This document shows positions 42,111 to 51,778 of a DNA stretch of 64,000 bases, in pieces. How positions within the stretch are numbered: the first letter of the stretch is position 1; each line of letters starts with the position of its first letter. The stretch spans positions 62,001-126,000 of IMG/VR virus record IMGVR_UViG_3300034358_000008; one strand, written 5' to 3'. Position numbers and translations under genes: made by a program. The notes beneath the pieces were generated by a model, which was given only the letters and a program-made list of their open reading frames with translations, was not told the DNA's origin and ran no database searches.

Positions 42111-44270
42111 ATGGAACAAACTCACACCGATGTAAAACCAAATCCTTTTTACCAAGACATTTCTGAGTATCACCGCGAACTTGAAATCGTTAACCCACTG
42201 ATGCGTGACACAGCGCTGTATCTTTCGAGCATGACCGGAGATGATCTGGACAAGTGCTTGGCTTTCGTACAGTCGTCTATGGCCCCCGGTGGTCAGTTCG
42301 AGCTTAATGATCCTAAGACAATGATTCTGGATAAAGGTGAGAATGGTGATCGGGAGAAGAAGGTTATCCGGTTCAGCCAGTATCTAGGTCGAGTAAAGAA
42401 ACAGAACCTATTGCTCTCACCTAGTATGACCGTCTATTTACCAGAAGAAGTAAGAGCATCTACACATGCCAAGTACATCGAAGAAGGCGTTGCTAATCGT
42501 AAAGCAGTTAAGAAAGAGCAGATGCGGTTGGAAGGTGAGGGTACAACTGAAGCACTCGAATTAGCCCAAGTTCGTAAAGGCGAACAAGAGAACTTCAAAA
42601 TCAACAATAACTCCTACTCAGGAGCTACCGTTAGTGCTGCAACGATTCTCTACTACAAGTCTACTCACTCGAGCCTGACCTCTACTTGCCGTACTGCAAC
42701 TTCTTATGCTAACGCAAACAATGAGAAGTTCATCATGGGTAACCGTCACTACTACTCCCCAGAAGTGACTAAAGCTAACATGTTGAGTCTGGTCAATAAC
42801 ACTGACTTGAAACAACTTGAAGCTTGCATGCAGAAGTTCAAGATGCACTACCCAACAGCAGACGAGATCATCGACATGATTCTCTACTCGACTGCTCACT
42901 ACTGGTCCAACCCTGACTACACTGCACAGCTGCGTAAACTTGCAGCTGGTATGTCCCCGATTGGCCGTGCAGCTATCATGTACGTCGGTGACCTCTACCA
43001 TACTTACAAATACAACCCTACTTTGGTTAAGGGTTTCTTGAATGAGTTGTCGAGTGTTGGTACACCAGATAAAATTGTATCTAAAGAACAATACAACAAA
43101 TACGATGGCGACATGCAGTTGCTGGCAAGCTTCATTAACTTTGATATGATCAAAGGTCGTAACAACGAAAAGCTCGCTGAAGAAAACCCGGAAGTGTTTG
43201 ATCTGATCTACGCTACCGGTAACAATATCTCCCTAGTGTTGAATAAGTACGTTCTATTTATCAAGGCATTGTTCCTGACTAAGAACGTTCCTCCAAGCAT
43301 CCATGCATTCCCGACAGCTTATCGTCGTGCTGCCGTAATCTCAGACACTGACTCTACTATGTTCACCATGCAATACTGGGTGGAAGAGTTCTTTGGTCGA
43401 GTTACCTTTAGTGATGAAGCCAAGCGTCTGGTATTTGCTTTGGTGTTCTTGGTGTCCGAAGTGGTCATGCACATTCTGGCATTGCAGTCGATCAACATGG
43501 GCGTTACGTCCAAGAAGCTTCGTCTGCTCGCTATGAAGAACGAATACTACTTCGCAGTACTTAGTCTGACTACCCGCTCGAAACACTACTACGCGTCTCA
43601 GGATGCGGTAGAGGGTATCATGTTTGCTAAGGCCCGTATGGAAGTGAAGGGTGTTGGTCTACGAGACTCTAAGGTTCCGCCACGTATCAACAAAGCTGCT
43701 AAGAAGATGATGGAACACGTCATCACCACGATCAAACGTGAAGAGACGTTGGATCTTCCAGCCATGCTTAAGCAGATTGGCGACATCGAACGAAACATTA
43801 TGACTTCGATCTATACCGGTAAAGCGGAATACCTGACCACCGGTAAGGTTAAGAAGATTGATGCTTATAAATCGGAAGCTAACGCTACTTACGCTAAGTA
43901 CAAGTTCTGGAAAGAAGTGTTCGAACCTAGCTTTGGTTTCTTGGAAGCGCCGCCATACTCCTTCGTTAAGATCTCCGTGACTATCGATAACCGTACTCGT
44001 TTTGAGGCATGGATCGAAACTATCGAAGATAAGCCATTGGCCATGCGATTGAAGAAGTGGGCTTTGGAGAACAACAAGAAAGGCATCACTAACTTCCACG
44101 TACCAATGTCTGTGGTTGAGAACCATGGTATTCCTGAGGTTATCACCCGCGTAGCAAACGTACGTCAAACTATCGCTAACACGATGGGTAGCTTCTATCT
44201 GATCATGGAGTCCTTAGGGATCATGCTTCAGGATAAGAAGAACACCCGTCTCATTTCGGACTTTTACTGA
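42111..44270 (+). CDS. Family B DNA polymerase subunit (phiKZ gp50-like)
   Basis: Motif B KINNNSYSG, motif C ISDTDS, KHYY...EVKGV; GGAGG RBS. Confidence 0.88.
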   Translation: MEQTHTDVKPNPFYQDISEYHRELEIVNPLMRDTALYLSSMTGDDLDKCLAFVQSSMAPGGQFELNDPKTMILDKGENGDREKKVIRFSQYLGRVKKQNLLLSPSMTVYLPEEVRASTHAKYIEEGVANRKAVKKEQMRLEGEGTTEALELAQVRKGEQENFKINNNSYSGATVSAATILYYKSTHSSLTSTCRTATSYANANNEKFIMGNRHYYSPEVTKANMLSLVNNTDLKQLEACMQKFKMHYPTADEIIDMILYSTAHYWSNPDYTAQLRKLAAGMSPIGRAAIMYVGDLYHTYKYNPTLVKGFLNELSSVGTPDKIVSKEQYNKYDGDMQLLASFINFDMIKGRNNEKLAEENPEVFDLIYATGNNISLVLNKYVLFIKALFLTKNVPPSIHAFPTAYRRAAVISDTDSTMFTMQYWVEEFFGRVTFSDEAKRLVFALVFLVSEVVMHILALQSINMGVTSKKLRLLAMKNEYYFAVLSLTTRSKHYYASQDAVEGIMFAKARMEVKGVGLRDSKVPPRINKAAKKMMEHVITTIKREETLDLPAMLKQIGDIERNIMTSIYTGKAEYLTTGKVKKIDAYKSEANATYAKYKFWKEVFEPSFGFLEAPPYSFVKISVTIDNRTRFEAWIETIEDKPLAMRLKKWALENNKKGITNFHVPMSVVENHGIPEVITRVANVRQTIANTMGSFYLIMESLGIMLQDKKNTRLISDFY

Positions 44271-44456
44271 TGGATAAATTCAAAGACAAAATTGACGGTA
44301 TCGTCGAAGGTCTCCACATCTTTAAACCGCAGTCTTGGCAACATCGCAGTCAGGGGGATGCAAAAAGGGTACTCATGGCAATCCTTACCTTAAGAGAAAA
44401 CCTAGTCGGTCTGTCTCAAGAAGATTTTGAAAGAACTATCCTTAAGGCCCTTGAGT

Positions 44457-44491
44457 AATAGAACCCCTTTCAAGTTTATATCATGCACTCG
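44457..44491 (+). promoter_or_regulatory. Early promoter
   Basis: AATAGAA-N13-TATATCAT. Confidence 0.7.
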
Positions 44492-44536
44492 TATCCTAAA
44501 CAGATGTGAGTGCATCTATTTCGTCTTGAGGTTTAT

Positions 44537-44707
44537 ATGACCAAGAATGATCCTGAAATCCGAAAGCTTTTTGAACGTATGCGTAAGTTCACCCGTAATA
44601 ACAAGGTTGTGATGATCACAGCCAAAGCCTCTCCGATGACTCAAGCAGAAATCGATAGGGCTAACTCCATTCCTTACACCTGTGATTACATTGGGATGCT
44701 TCGATGA
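44537..44707 (+). CDS. Mini-protein resembling DnaB helicase motif fragments
   Basis: IRKLFERMRKFT...VVMITA; CDYIGML; GAGGT RBS. Confidence 0.5.
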   Translation: MTKNDPEIRKLFERMRKFTRNNKVVMITAKASPMTQAEIDRANSIPYTCDYIGMLR

Positions 44708-45848
44708 CATTTAACGTATCTATCGTAGATAAGGTCTATGGTGAATGGTATCTAATCGCACCAACCAAAAATGATCTATGTATGCTGCTCACCAGACTTG
44801 AAGCTGAAGACGCCGTTGAGCGCTACAAAGTAGTAGGTCACGATGGAAAACATTATGCGGCCATCGCCTATGAATTTGGGTGGATGCAAGATAATTACAA
44901 GAAGGGCTATTGAATGAACGATGCAGCCAAACTGAAAGAACTGATGACCCCAGCTAAGATGAATGGTGCGGTCTACGATAACCTATTTCAACTGGCACGT
45001 TGGGGTGCTCGTGAAGTAGGTGAGATCCCATCCAAGGGTCACATGCAAGAACTGGTTCAGAATAAATGGGTTCGGTTCAATGGGGATGAGGAGAAGTGCT
45101 GGACCATCACTGACGCTGGCCTACAAGCATTTCTGGAAGCTTACTCTAAGATCCCTAACCCACACTACAAGATCTTTGGTACCCTCCGTATCGGCTTTGC
45201 AGAGCGTTGTGGTAATGGTGAACTGGATGGTACGCCTATCCACTGTTTGGGTGGTTGCTTTGATTGGGCACGTGAAAACGTCTTCCTTAATAAGGTACTG
45301 AACTGGGCTGAGAGCTTCGGTTCTTATGACTACGCCACATTCGACTTCATTCATCCAGTGACTAAGGTTAAGACCCACTTGAAACCGGGTGACTGGGTTG
45401 TCCTGTCCGAAGACCATAACCACACTGTTCACAAACTGAGTGAAGATAATTGATGGACCTCATTAAAACAGCTGATTCTCGTTTCATGCGTAAAGGCGAC
45501 CAAGGTATCTTTGTTAATCATGTCCCTATGACTAAAGAATACCACATCACTGTTGAGAAAGAGTATTCGTGTGCAATCACCGAAGCTGTTGCCGGTTATC
45601 AAATTACTTGCAATCTGTGTAATGATCTCGGTTCGCATGCGGTACATAGTAAGTCGTTTGACATGTTCAGCGGTGGCTATACTACCGTTTACGCACTCGT
45701 TCCACGTGATGAGTACATCCGCCGAGCTAATACCATCCATGCACACGACGTGCTTACCTTAACCGATAAGTTCACCTTGGATATGGAAACACTTAATACT
45801 CGACAGGCTAAACGACTGGAGGTTGCTAATGTTACCGCATCCGTTTAA
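44704..45848 (+). other. Hypothetical ORFs 44704-44913, 44914-45453, 45450-45848
   Basis: Coupled ORFs. Confidence 0.65.
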
Positions 45849-47199
45849 GACAGATACATGGGTTGAAGGTGAGCGTTCGAATCACGCTAATCTTTGCAAT
45901 GAGATCGATCTACCTCAATCGGGAAGCGATATCTGCGTGTTGGGTATGAAGCCTTCGATGTTGAAGTACATAGCGCTCAATAACCAGATCCATCAACATC
46001 AGGTACATGGTCGGGTATGGAATCTGATTGGTGACCCTAACCTGAAGATGCTCTTTAGTTCATACTCGGGCTCAACTCCAGATCAACGCATGGACCCAGA
46101 AGCTGTAATGGATCTGGCTCGTGAACTCTATGATGAACATGAGGAAGATCTGACTGAGCTTTACAACAATTTAGGTTCACTGCGCACTATCCGTGCAATC
46201 GAACAACTTGAACGACTAAAACTCTTCGGCTCACTCGCAATCAATCAAAACTTCAAGGAACAAGGTATCATGCAATCCACAACTGAACAAATTGCAAAAC
46301 TGACCCAAGCTCAACCACACGGTCTTCGCCGTGGCGAACTGGCAATGATCTCCTCTACTGCCAATACCGGTAAGTCATCAGATACAGATGAGCTGATTCG
46401 TCTGCTGGAAGAAGCTGTTCCGGCTGTGGATAATATTGGTCCTGCCGGCACGCAGGGTGATCGTGGGGAACACGCACCTAAACTGCAATCGTTCGACAAG
46501 CCTTCTAAGGTTAAACGTAAGAAGTCCAAGCCTAAATCTAACCATCTCCCGAACATGCGTAACGCTCGTACCAAACGTGTACTGGGTGCAACCATCCTGA
46601 ACATGCTGGGTAAGGTTCAACAAGATACCCAAGACAGCTACAAGCGTTCTCTTTTGAAAGAGATTCCACTGGCTGACTTCGTAGAACTGGCATCGGGCGA
46701 GAAGCTGCCGGACTATCAGGCTAACCTGTTGAACGCAATGCAGGCTAAAGCTGATCCAACTGCCCCAATCGTTGAACGCGTTAACGCTGGCACCGGTATT
46801 GGGCTGGACATCATTCAGAAAGCATTCGATGGTTCTGTGGCAACTGATGAGCGCTTGATCGCCAATGACCAATTCGTAGAGGCATTGTATCCAGGTACAC
46901 TCGAGCGTGAGGCAAATGTAGGTCGTGGTCTGACTGCACATGTCTTGACTTTCGATGATGCACCAGAACAACTGTCTAACGAAGAACGTCTGGCTATCTT
47001 CGAAAAGAATGTTGACGAAGCTTTGGTTAAGTACATCTCCCCGGAACTGTTCCCAGAAGAACTGTCCGAAGAGAAACGTACTGAAATCATCGCATTGGTT
47101 AAGGCAGATGTGATGGAACGCAATTCGTCTATCGATCGTCAAAGCATCGTAACCACCGCAATGAGTATCCTGCATCCGCTGGACCCAATCGCTGGCTAA
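45829..47199 (+). CDS. Mosaic protein with RNR-, PolB-, DnaB-, collagen- and terminase-like motif fragments
   Basis: GGAGG RBS; motifs detailed in findings. Confidence 0.65.
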   Translation: MLPHPFKTDTWVEGERSNHANLCNEIDLPQSGSDICVLGMKPSMLKYIALNNQIHQHQVHGRVWNLIGDPNLKMLFSSYSGSTPDQRMDPEAVMDLARELYDEHEEDLTELYNNLGSLRTIRAIEQLERLKLFGSLAINQNFKEQGIMQSTTEQIAKLTQAQPHGLRRGELAMISSTANTGKSSDTDELIRLLEEAVPAVDNIGPAGTQGDRGEHAPKLQSFDKPSKVKRKKSKPKSNHLPNMRNARTKRVLGATILNMLGKVQQDTQDSYKRSLLKEIPLADFVELASGEKLPDYQANLLNAMQAKADPTAPIVERVNAGTGIGLDIIQKAFDGSVATDERLIANDQFVEALYPGTLEREANVGRGLTAHVLTFDDAPEQLSNEERLAIFEKNVDEALVKYISPELFPEELSEEKRTEIIALVKADVMERNSSIDRQSIVTTAMSILHPLDPIAG

Positions 47200-47232
47200 A
47201 CATAATCCCCTCCTTCGGGAGGGGCTTTATTT
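47200..47232 (+). terminator. Intrinsic terminator
   Basis: CCCCTCC-TTCG-GGAGGGG. Confidence 0.8.
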
Positions 47233-47249
47233 CGTAAAGGAGTTTAAAT

Positions 47250-47696
47250 ATGCGTCACTTCGCATTCCACAAGATCGCTATGCTTCGTCGTCACTTCGGG
47301 GTGAATGGTGAAGACCTGTTGGCTATCTACGATACTGCAATCGCAGGTTATCAACCCCTCGCTGAACTTAGCTATATTACCCTGTCGACGTCTAAGGTCG
47401 TTTGGGATCGTATTGCGGCTAACCCTAGTATCGAACGGGCAAAGCATCCAGGCACGAACGTAGACTGCCTGAAGCTATTCGGTGACGTGTATCTGCGTAA
47501 ACAGAACCGCGTTATAGATGAAGACGTTATTTGGCTCAGTAGTCTCGGTTGCTATGTTCCGACTGTACGGTATATGCACAATCAATTCCAGCATCTGATT
47601 GCAAGTAGTAGCTCTACCAAGAAGATCATTGCTTACGCAGAATCCTTGGCAGATAAACTGAAAGCACATATCGACGAAAACAAGGTGAAGTTGTAA
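47250..47696 (+). CDS. Probable degenerate paralog of the nucleotidyltransferase-like ORF at 2238
   Basis: ITLS..W and VPT...H...LI similarity; no DxD motif. Confidence 0.45.
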   Translation: MRHFAFHKIAMLRRHFGVNGEDLLAIYDTAIAGYQPLAELSYITLSTSKVVWDRIAANPSIERAKHPGTNVDCLKLFGDVYLRKQNRVIDEDVIWLSSLGCYVPTVRYMHNQFQHLIASSSSTKKIIAYAESLADKLKAHIDENKVKL

Positions 47697-49240
47697 TGGC
47701 TGATTTCCTGACCCTGCTAAATAAACGGAATGACAAGATTAATGTGTTCGTCACTCCTACCGGTATGATGCCTCTACCCAATGCTGGTGCCCCTGACAAA
47801 CGTTACCTCTGGTCGTTCCATACTAAGCATCCCATGCAGACTGGTTTGTATGAGGGGATTATCCTCAGTGCAGCCGATAAGTTAACAGCGTACGCACGCT
47901 TCCTTGAAGTACTGCGCCCCAATACTGACCACACGTATCACTACGAAGGTGTTCAGTGGTACAGCACCTGCGAAGGGGAAGATAACTACCCTGAACGCCA
48001 ACACGCAGTCCTTATCGCAGCTAAAGCAACAGACTGAGGTTAACATGCATCATATTGAAGTTGCTCTGAAACAACGTCGTGAAGCTAAGGCTAACACTCC
48101 ATTCGATCTGGATAAGATCGAAAAGCAACATGCGTACATCAACTCCCCACAATATTACTTCTCCATTAGTAGTATGGGTTCGGCTAACCAGAAAGTACTG
48201 ATGGATGAAACCGATGTTCAACACACCGCTTAACGTCACAGCTAAAATTCCTAAGGCTAAATCTGCTCCTAAGGTTAAGCCCTTGCCCACCGCGCAAGAT
48301 CTGAATATTACCTACGAGCGCATCGTTAATACCAGTATCGATATCTCTGGGTATAGAAGTTACTTCTATCAGTTCGTTCAGACAGGTGAAGTAGGGGATA
48401 AAGAAATGGAGAAGATCATCATCTCCAAACCGGATATGGATCAAGCCATTGCTGCATTCGAACAATACTTCTTCCGGGGTGATTACTACAAGAATGCGAA
48501 GATCGCCGTAGAGTGCATCGGAATTGATGTTAAACCTCCTCGGACTGATCCTATCGTGATGGCCTACTAATATGCCTACCTTTACTAATATCGATGAAGC
48601 TGAAGTGGTTATTGATGGCCAGGCTAAATACCTGTATCACTTCTTTAATCGTGGGGAAGCTTTCATGATCCACTCCATGGGGATCAAGGTTACGGATTAT
48701 GTGGATTGTCACCATGTGATGGAAGCAATCATCTCAGCGGAAAGTTTTGATGAGGCTCAAAATATCCTTATTAAAGCTGAGATCTCACATGCTCAACAAC
48801 GGTACCACTTCGACGTATATCTGACAGGTGTTGATTTGGTACCTTCCCGTGAGAACCCAATCATCATGATTAGTTATAAACAATCCGTGTTCTAAGGAGA
48901 TAGAATGTCTACCGTTCTTGATATTGTTGATAGCGACAATGTGATTCATCGCATTACTGTAACCTCCCATAGTCGTGAAGACTTGCCTGAGGGTAGGACC
49001 TGGCTGTGGAAATATGAAGCATCTGATATCACCGATCACGATATGGTCAATGGCGTTATCTTGAGTAGTGAGTCCTTCGACGAGGCAAACCGGATCTTTA
49101 TCGATCATCTCCATCGAACTACTCCACACTACAATATCCCAAACTACGTTGGTACCAAATGGATTGCACGTATCGAGGGAGAGGACTATTTCCCAGAACG
49201 TGAAGATCCTATCCTGATGACGGATTACATTAACGCTTAG
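47696..49240 (+). other. Tandem paralog family (47696-48037, 48205-48570, 48572-48895, 48905-49240) plus small ORF 48045-48233
   Basis: Shared I[IL]S...[DE]A and GxDxxPxRxxP[IV]xMxxY motifs. Confidence 0.7.
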
Positions 49241-49247
49241 TAAAGAC

Positions 49248-49296
49248 GGCATATGCCCCCTCCAATCGGAGGGGGCTTTATGTCATTTTTCTTTTA
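49248..49296. terminator. Bidirectional terminator
   Basis: GCCCCCTCC-AATC-GGAGGGGGC. Confidence 0.8.
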
Positions 49297-50368
49297 GTTC
49301 ACGAATCAACTCTTGGATCTGTTTGCGGAACTGTTTCACATAATCGGTATTGCCCATCGTATTGAAGATCTGATCGTGAGAACCCTCAATCAAGTCAATC
49401 ATGATAGCGTTCAATTGAGACGCATCGTAACCATGATTGCGCAGGACCATACGACACAGGTATCGGATAGCAGGTAACCTCGCTAGTGTAATAGCCCACT
49501 GATTCTGAAGAGTCACAGGCTCACGTGGAAGCTTGAGTACTTCGAACAAGTTAGTATCCACCAACATAGGAACGATTGCGGCTAAGCCTTCAACTTCAAT
49601 ACCCTTAAGGATAGCTTCGAAGTTAATGAACTCTTCCAGTCGAACTAACTTAGAAGTCATGTCGGTTAAATAGAAAGGATGTGACACAGGGAATGTAGGT
49701 GTAGCGATACCCTGAGACTGTCGATCGAGTCTATTAAAGAAAGCGATATCCAAGAAGCTATCAATCATGTTAGGTAATACGTAACTACCCACAAAGCGAT
49801 AAGCGTTCTCAAATTGGATCACTCCTAAGGACTCTTGCCATCTACGCCAGTAACGGTATTGAACCATTAGCATGGGGATGTTGATTTGAACCACACCGAA
49901 TGCACGACCCGGAGTAGAGTTGTTCATGATCGGTAGGGTACAGTCGGTACGCGTATGGTAAAGATACTTAACGGGTGTAAGTTCCCGCCAACGTTTACCA
50001 AGACCGACTGTGTCGAACTTATCGTAACTAGCAATCACCACTTCTTCAGATTGCGGACCCAGAGTAATACCCTTCGGATGAATCTTTCCTTTATTAAGGG
50101 GAGTGGTGATACCGAAGTCTTTAAGGAACCCTCGCGACAATCGCTCAACCCGGTTAACCCATTCGTTGTCGTCGACATTGGTATTGATCACAAACTGCTG
50201 GATGATCAAAGCGAACATGTTCCTGGAGTCTACGTACTTGGGTGCCTTACGGTAGTATTGCTTGACATCGTGTATCAGTGTCTTGAACGTACGTCGTACG
50301 TAAAGCATATTAGGATCGAGTGCTTGCCCCAGTTTCCTGTTAGGCTGATCCCGGAAAAGTGCGTACAT
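49283..50368 (-). CDS. Conserved phiKZ-like protein (gp52-like)
   Basis: 361 aa; synteny upstream of chmA. Confidence 0.6.
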   Translation of the reverse strand: MYALFRDQPNRKLGQALDPNMLYVRRTFKTLIHDVKQYYRKAPKYVDSRNMFALIIQQFVINTNVDDNEWVNRVERLSRGFLKDFGITTPLNKGKIHPKGITLGPQSEEVVIASYDKFDTVGLGKRWRELTPVKYLYHTRTDCTLPIMNNSTPGRAFGVVQINIPMLMVQYRYWRRWQESLGVIQFENAYRFVGSYVLPNMIDSFLDIAFFNRLDRQSQGIATPTFPVSHPFYLTDMTSKLVRLEEFINFEAILKGIEVEGLAAIVPMLVDTNLFEVLKLPREPVTLQNQWAITLARLPAIRYLCRMVLRNHGYDASQLNAIMIDLIEGSHDQIFNTMGNTDYVKQFRKQIQELIRELKEK

Positions 50369-50444
50369 TTGGTTATCCCTATAAATTGTTAAAACTATAG
50401 AATGGGCCTAGTCAGTATATATCATTCTCTTCCTTTATAAGGGC

Positions 50445-50479
50445 AATAGAATTTATTTCAAGTTTATATCATAGCTGTA
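50445..50479 (+). promoter_or_regulatory. Early promoter
   Basis: AATAGAA-N13-TATATCAT. Confidence 0.75.
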
Positions 50480-50500
50480 CACTAACAGGAGATAATCGCA

Positions 50501-51494
50501 ATGAACATTTCCATTGTAGAGACTGAGAACTACGTACCTAATCGTATTCCTTTTGAACTCATTCGCATTAACTGGCTTTACACTGAAGTCAACTGGCAAC
50601 CTGCTCCCGGTAAATATGACGGAGTCAGTTGGAAGCGAGCCGGGGATGCCATTCAACGTCTTGTTAATAAAGTGCATCGTGGCGACACTATCACTAGCCT
50701 TGTTGTAACTACTCGAGGTAACTCCTATGACAACCGATGCTATTAGAGCAATGAGTATTCCTGATCGTTATACCTTAAACAGTAAAGCGCTGGTTGTTAT
50801 TAACGCAGTGTTCTCCGATGTACGCATGGTTATCCCAGCAGGTGCATCACGGGGTGTCTATATTGATGCAATCAACCGTATCAGCAATCGAATCCGTAAA
50901 GGTGATACCATCACCAGTGTTGTCGTAACCAAACGTGGAGTAGTCTAATGTCAGCTGATGCGATTAGAGCACTGGTAGAGTTCCCAGTACAAGCCTTTAA
51001 AGAATCCGCTCAACGTTGCCAGATGAGCGCAGGCTTACGTAAGCAACAGGAAATCCATCGCCCTAGCCGAGCTACAGCTTATACCGGTTTAGAGCCGTCC
51101 TTTAAAATACTCACCCCTGATAACATCGATGATGAGTTGAAGAACGTTCAGATCGTTGGCCGCTTGAAGCGAGTAGATCATGAAACTGAGTGATATCCCG
51201 TTTGATCAATTGCAGACTACCGAAGATTGGCTGACTAGCGCCAATGGTTTACCCGGACGTATCTTCAGTATCAGTCATCATGAGGATGGCAAGTTCTACA
51301 AGACTTACTTAACCATTCGGTGGAAAGGTCCAGAGGGTATCAAAGTCTCCATCGCTGAATGGCCTGATGATTGCAGAAAGATTGAAGTAGATCTCTCCAA
51401 CAAAGGTCTGCTATGTCGTCCTTATGCTGAAGATCAAATCAAGCGTCGTGAACGTGAGATCGAATTCTATAAGCAGTTCAGTAAGGTCGAATAA
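50501..51494 (+). other. Small early ORFs 50501-50746, 50727-50948, 50948-51193, 51180-51494
   Basis: RBSs; internal tandem duplication. Confidence 0.65.
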
Positions 51495-51677
51495 AAGAAA
51501 TACCTTGTGGTGGTATCTAGTAAGAGCAATGCCGTTATGGATTGTCGCTACAGATTTATTCCCTGATCAGATTCAATTCTAGTTAAGGAATACTTTTTGT
51601 AGTATGTTATGTAACACTCTAATCAGTGTTACGACCACAGGCAACTATAGCCTGTCGCTCAGGTCTATAACGCCGTT

Positions 51678-51712
51678 AATAGAAAAATCTTCAGATTTAT
51701 ATCATACACGTG
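51678..51712 (+). promoter_or_regulatory. Early promoter of chmA
   Basis: AATAGAA-N13-TATATCAT-N5-TG. Confidence 0.75.
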
Positions 51713-51778
51713 AATCTGAAACCCAGATCCAACACACTAACTTGATCAAGTTAATCGTAATCGCTAAAGGAAAGAATC

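Noticed and set aside
48045-48233. Possible polymerase or terminase echoes (IEVALKQRREAK, PQYYFSI)
   Set aside because: Too few identities to support.
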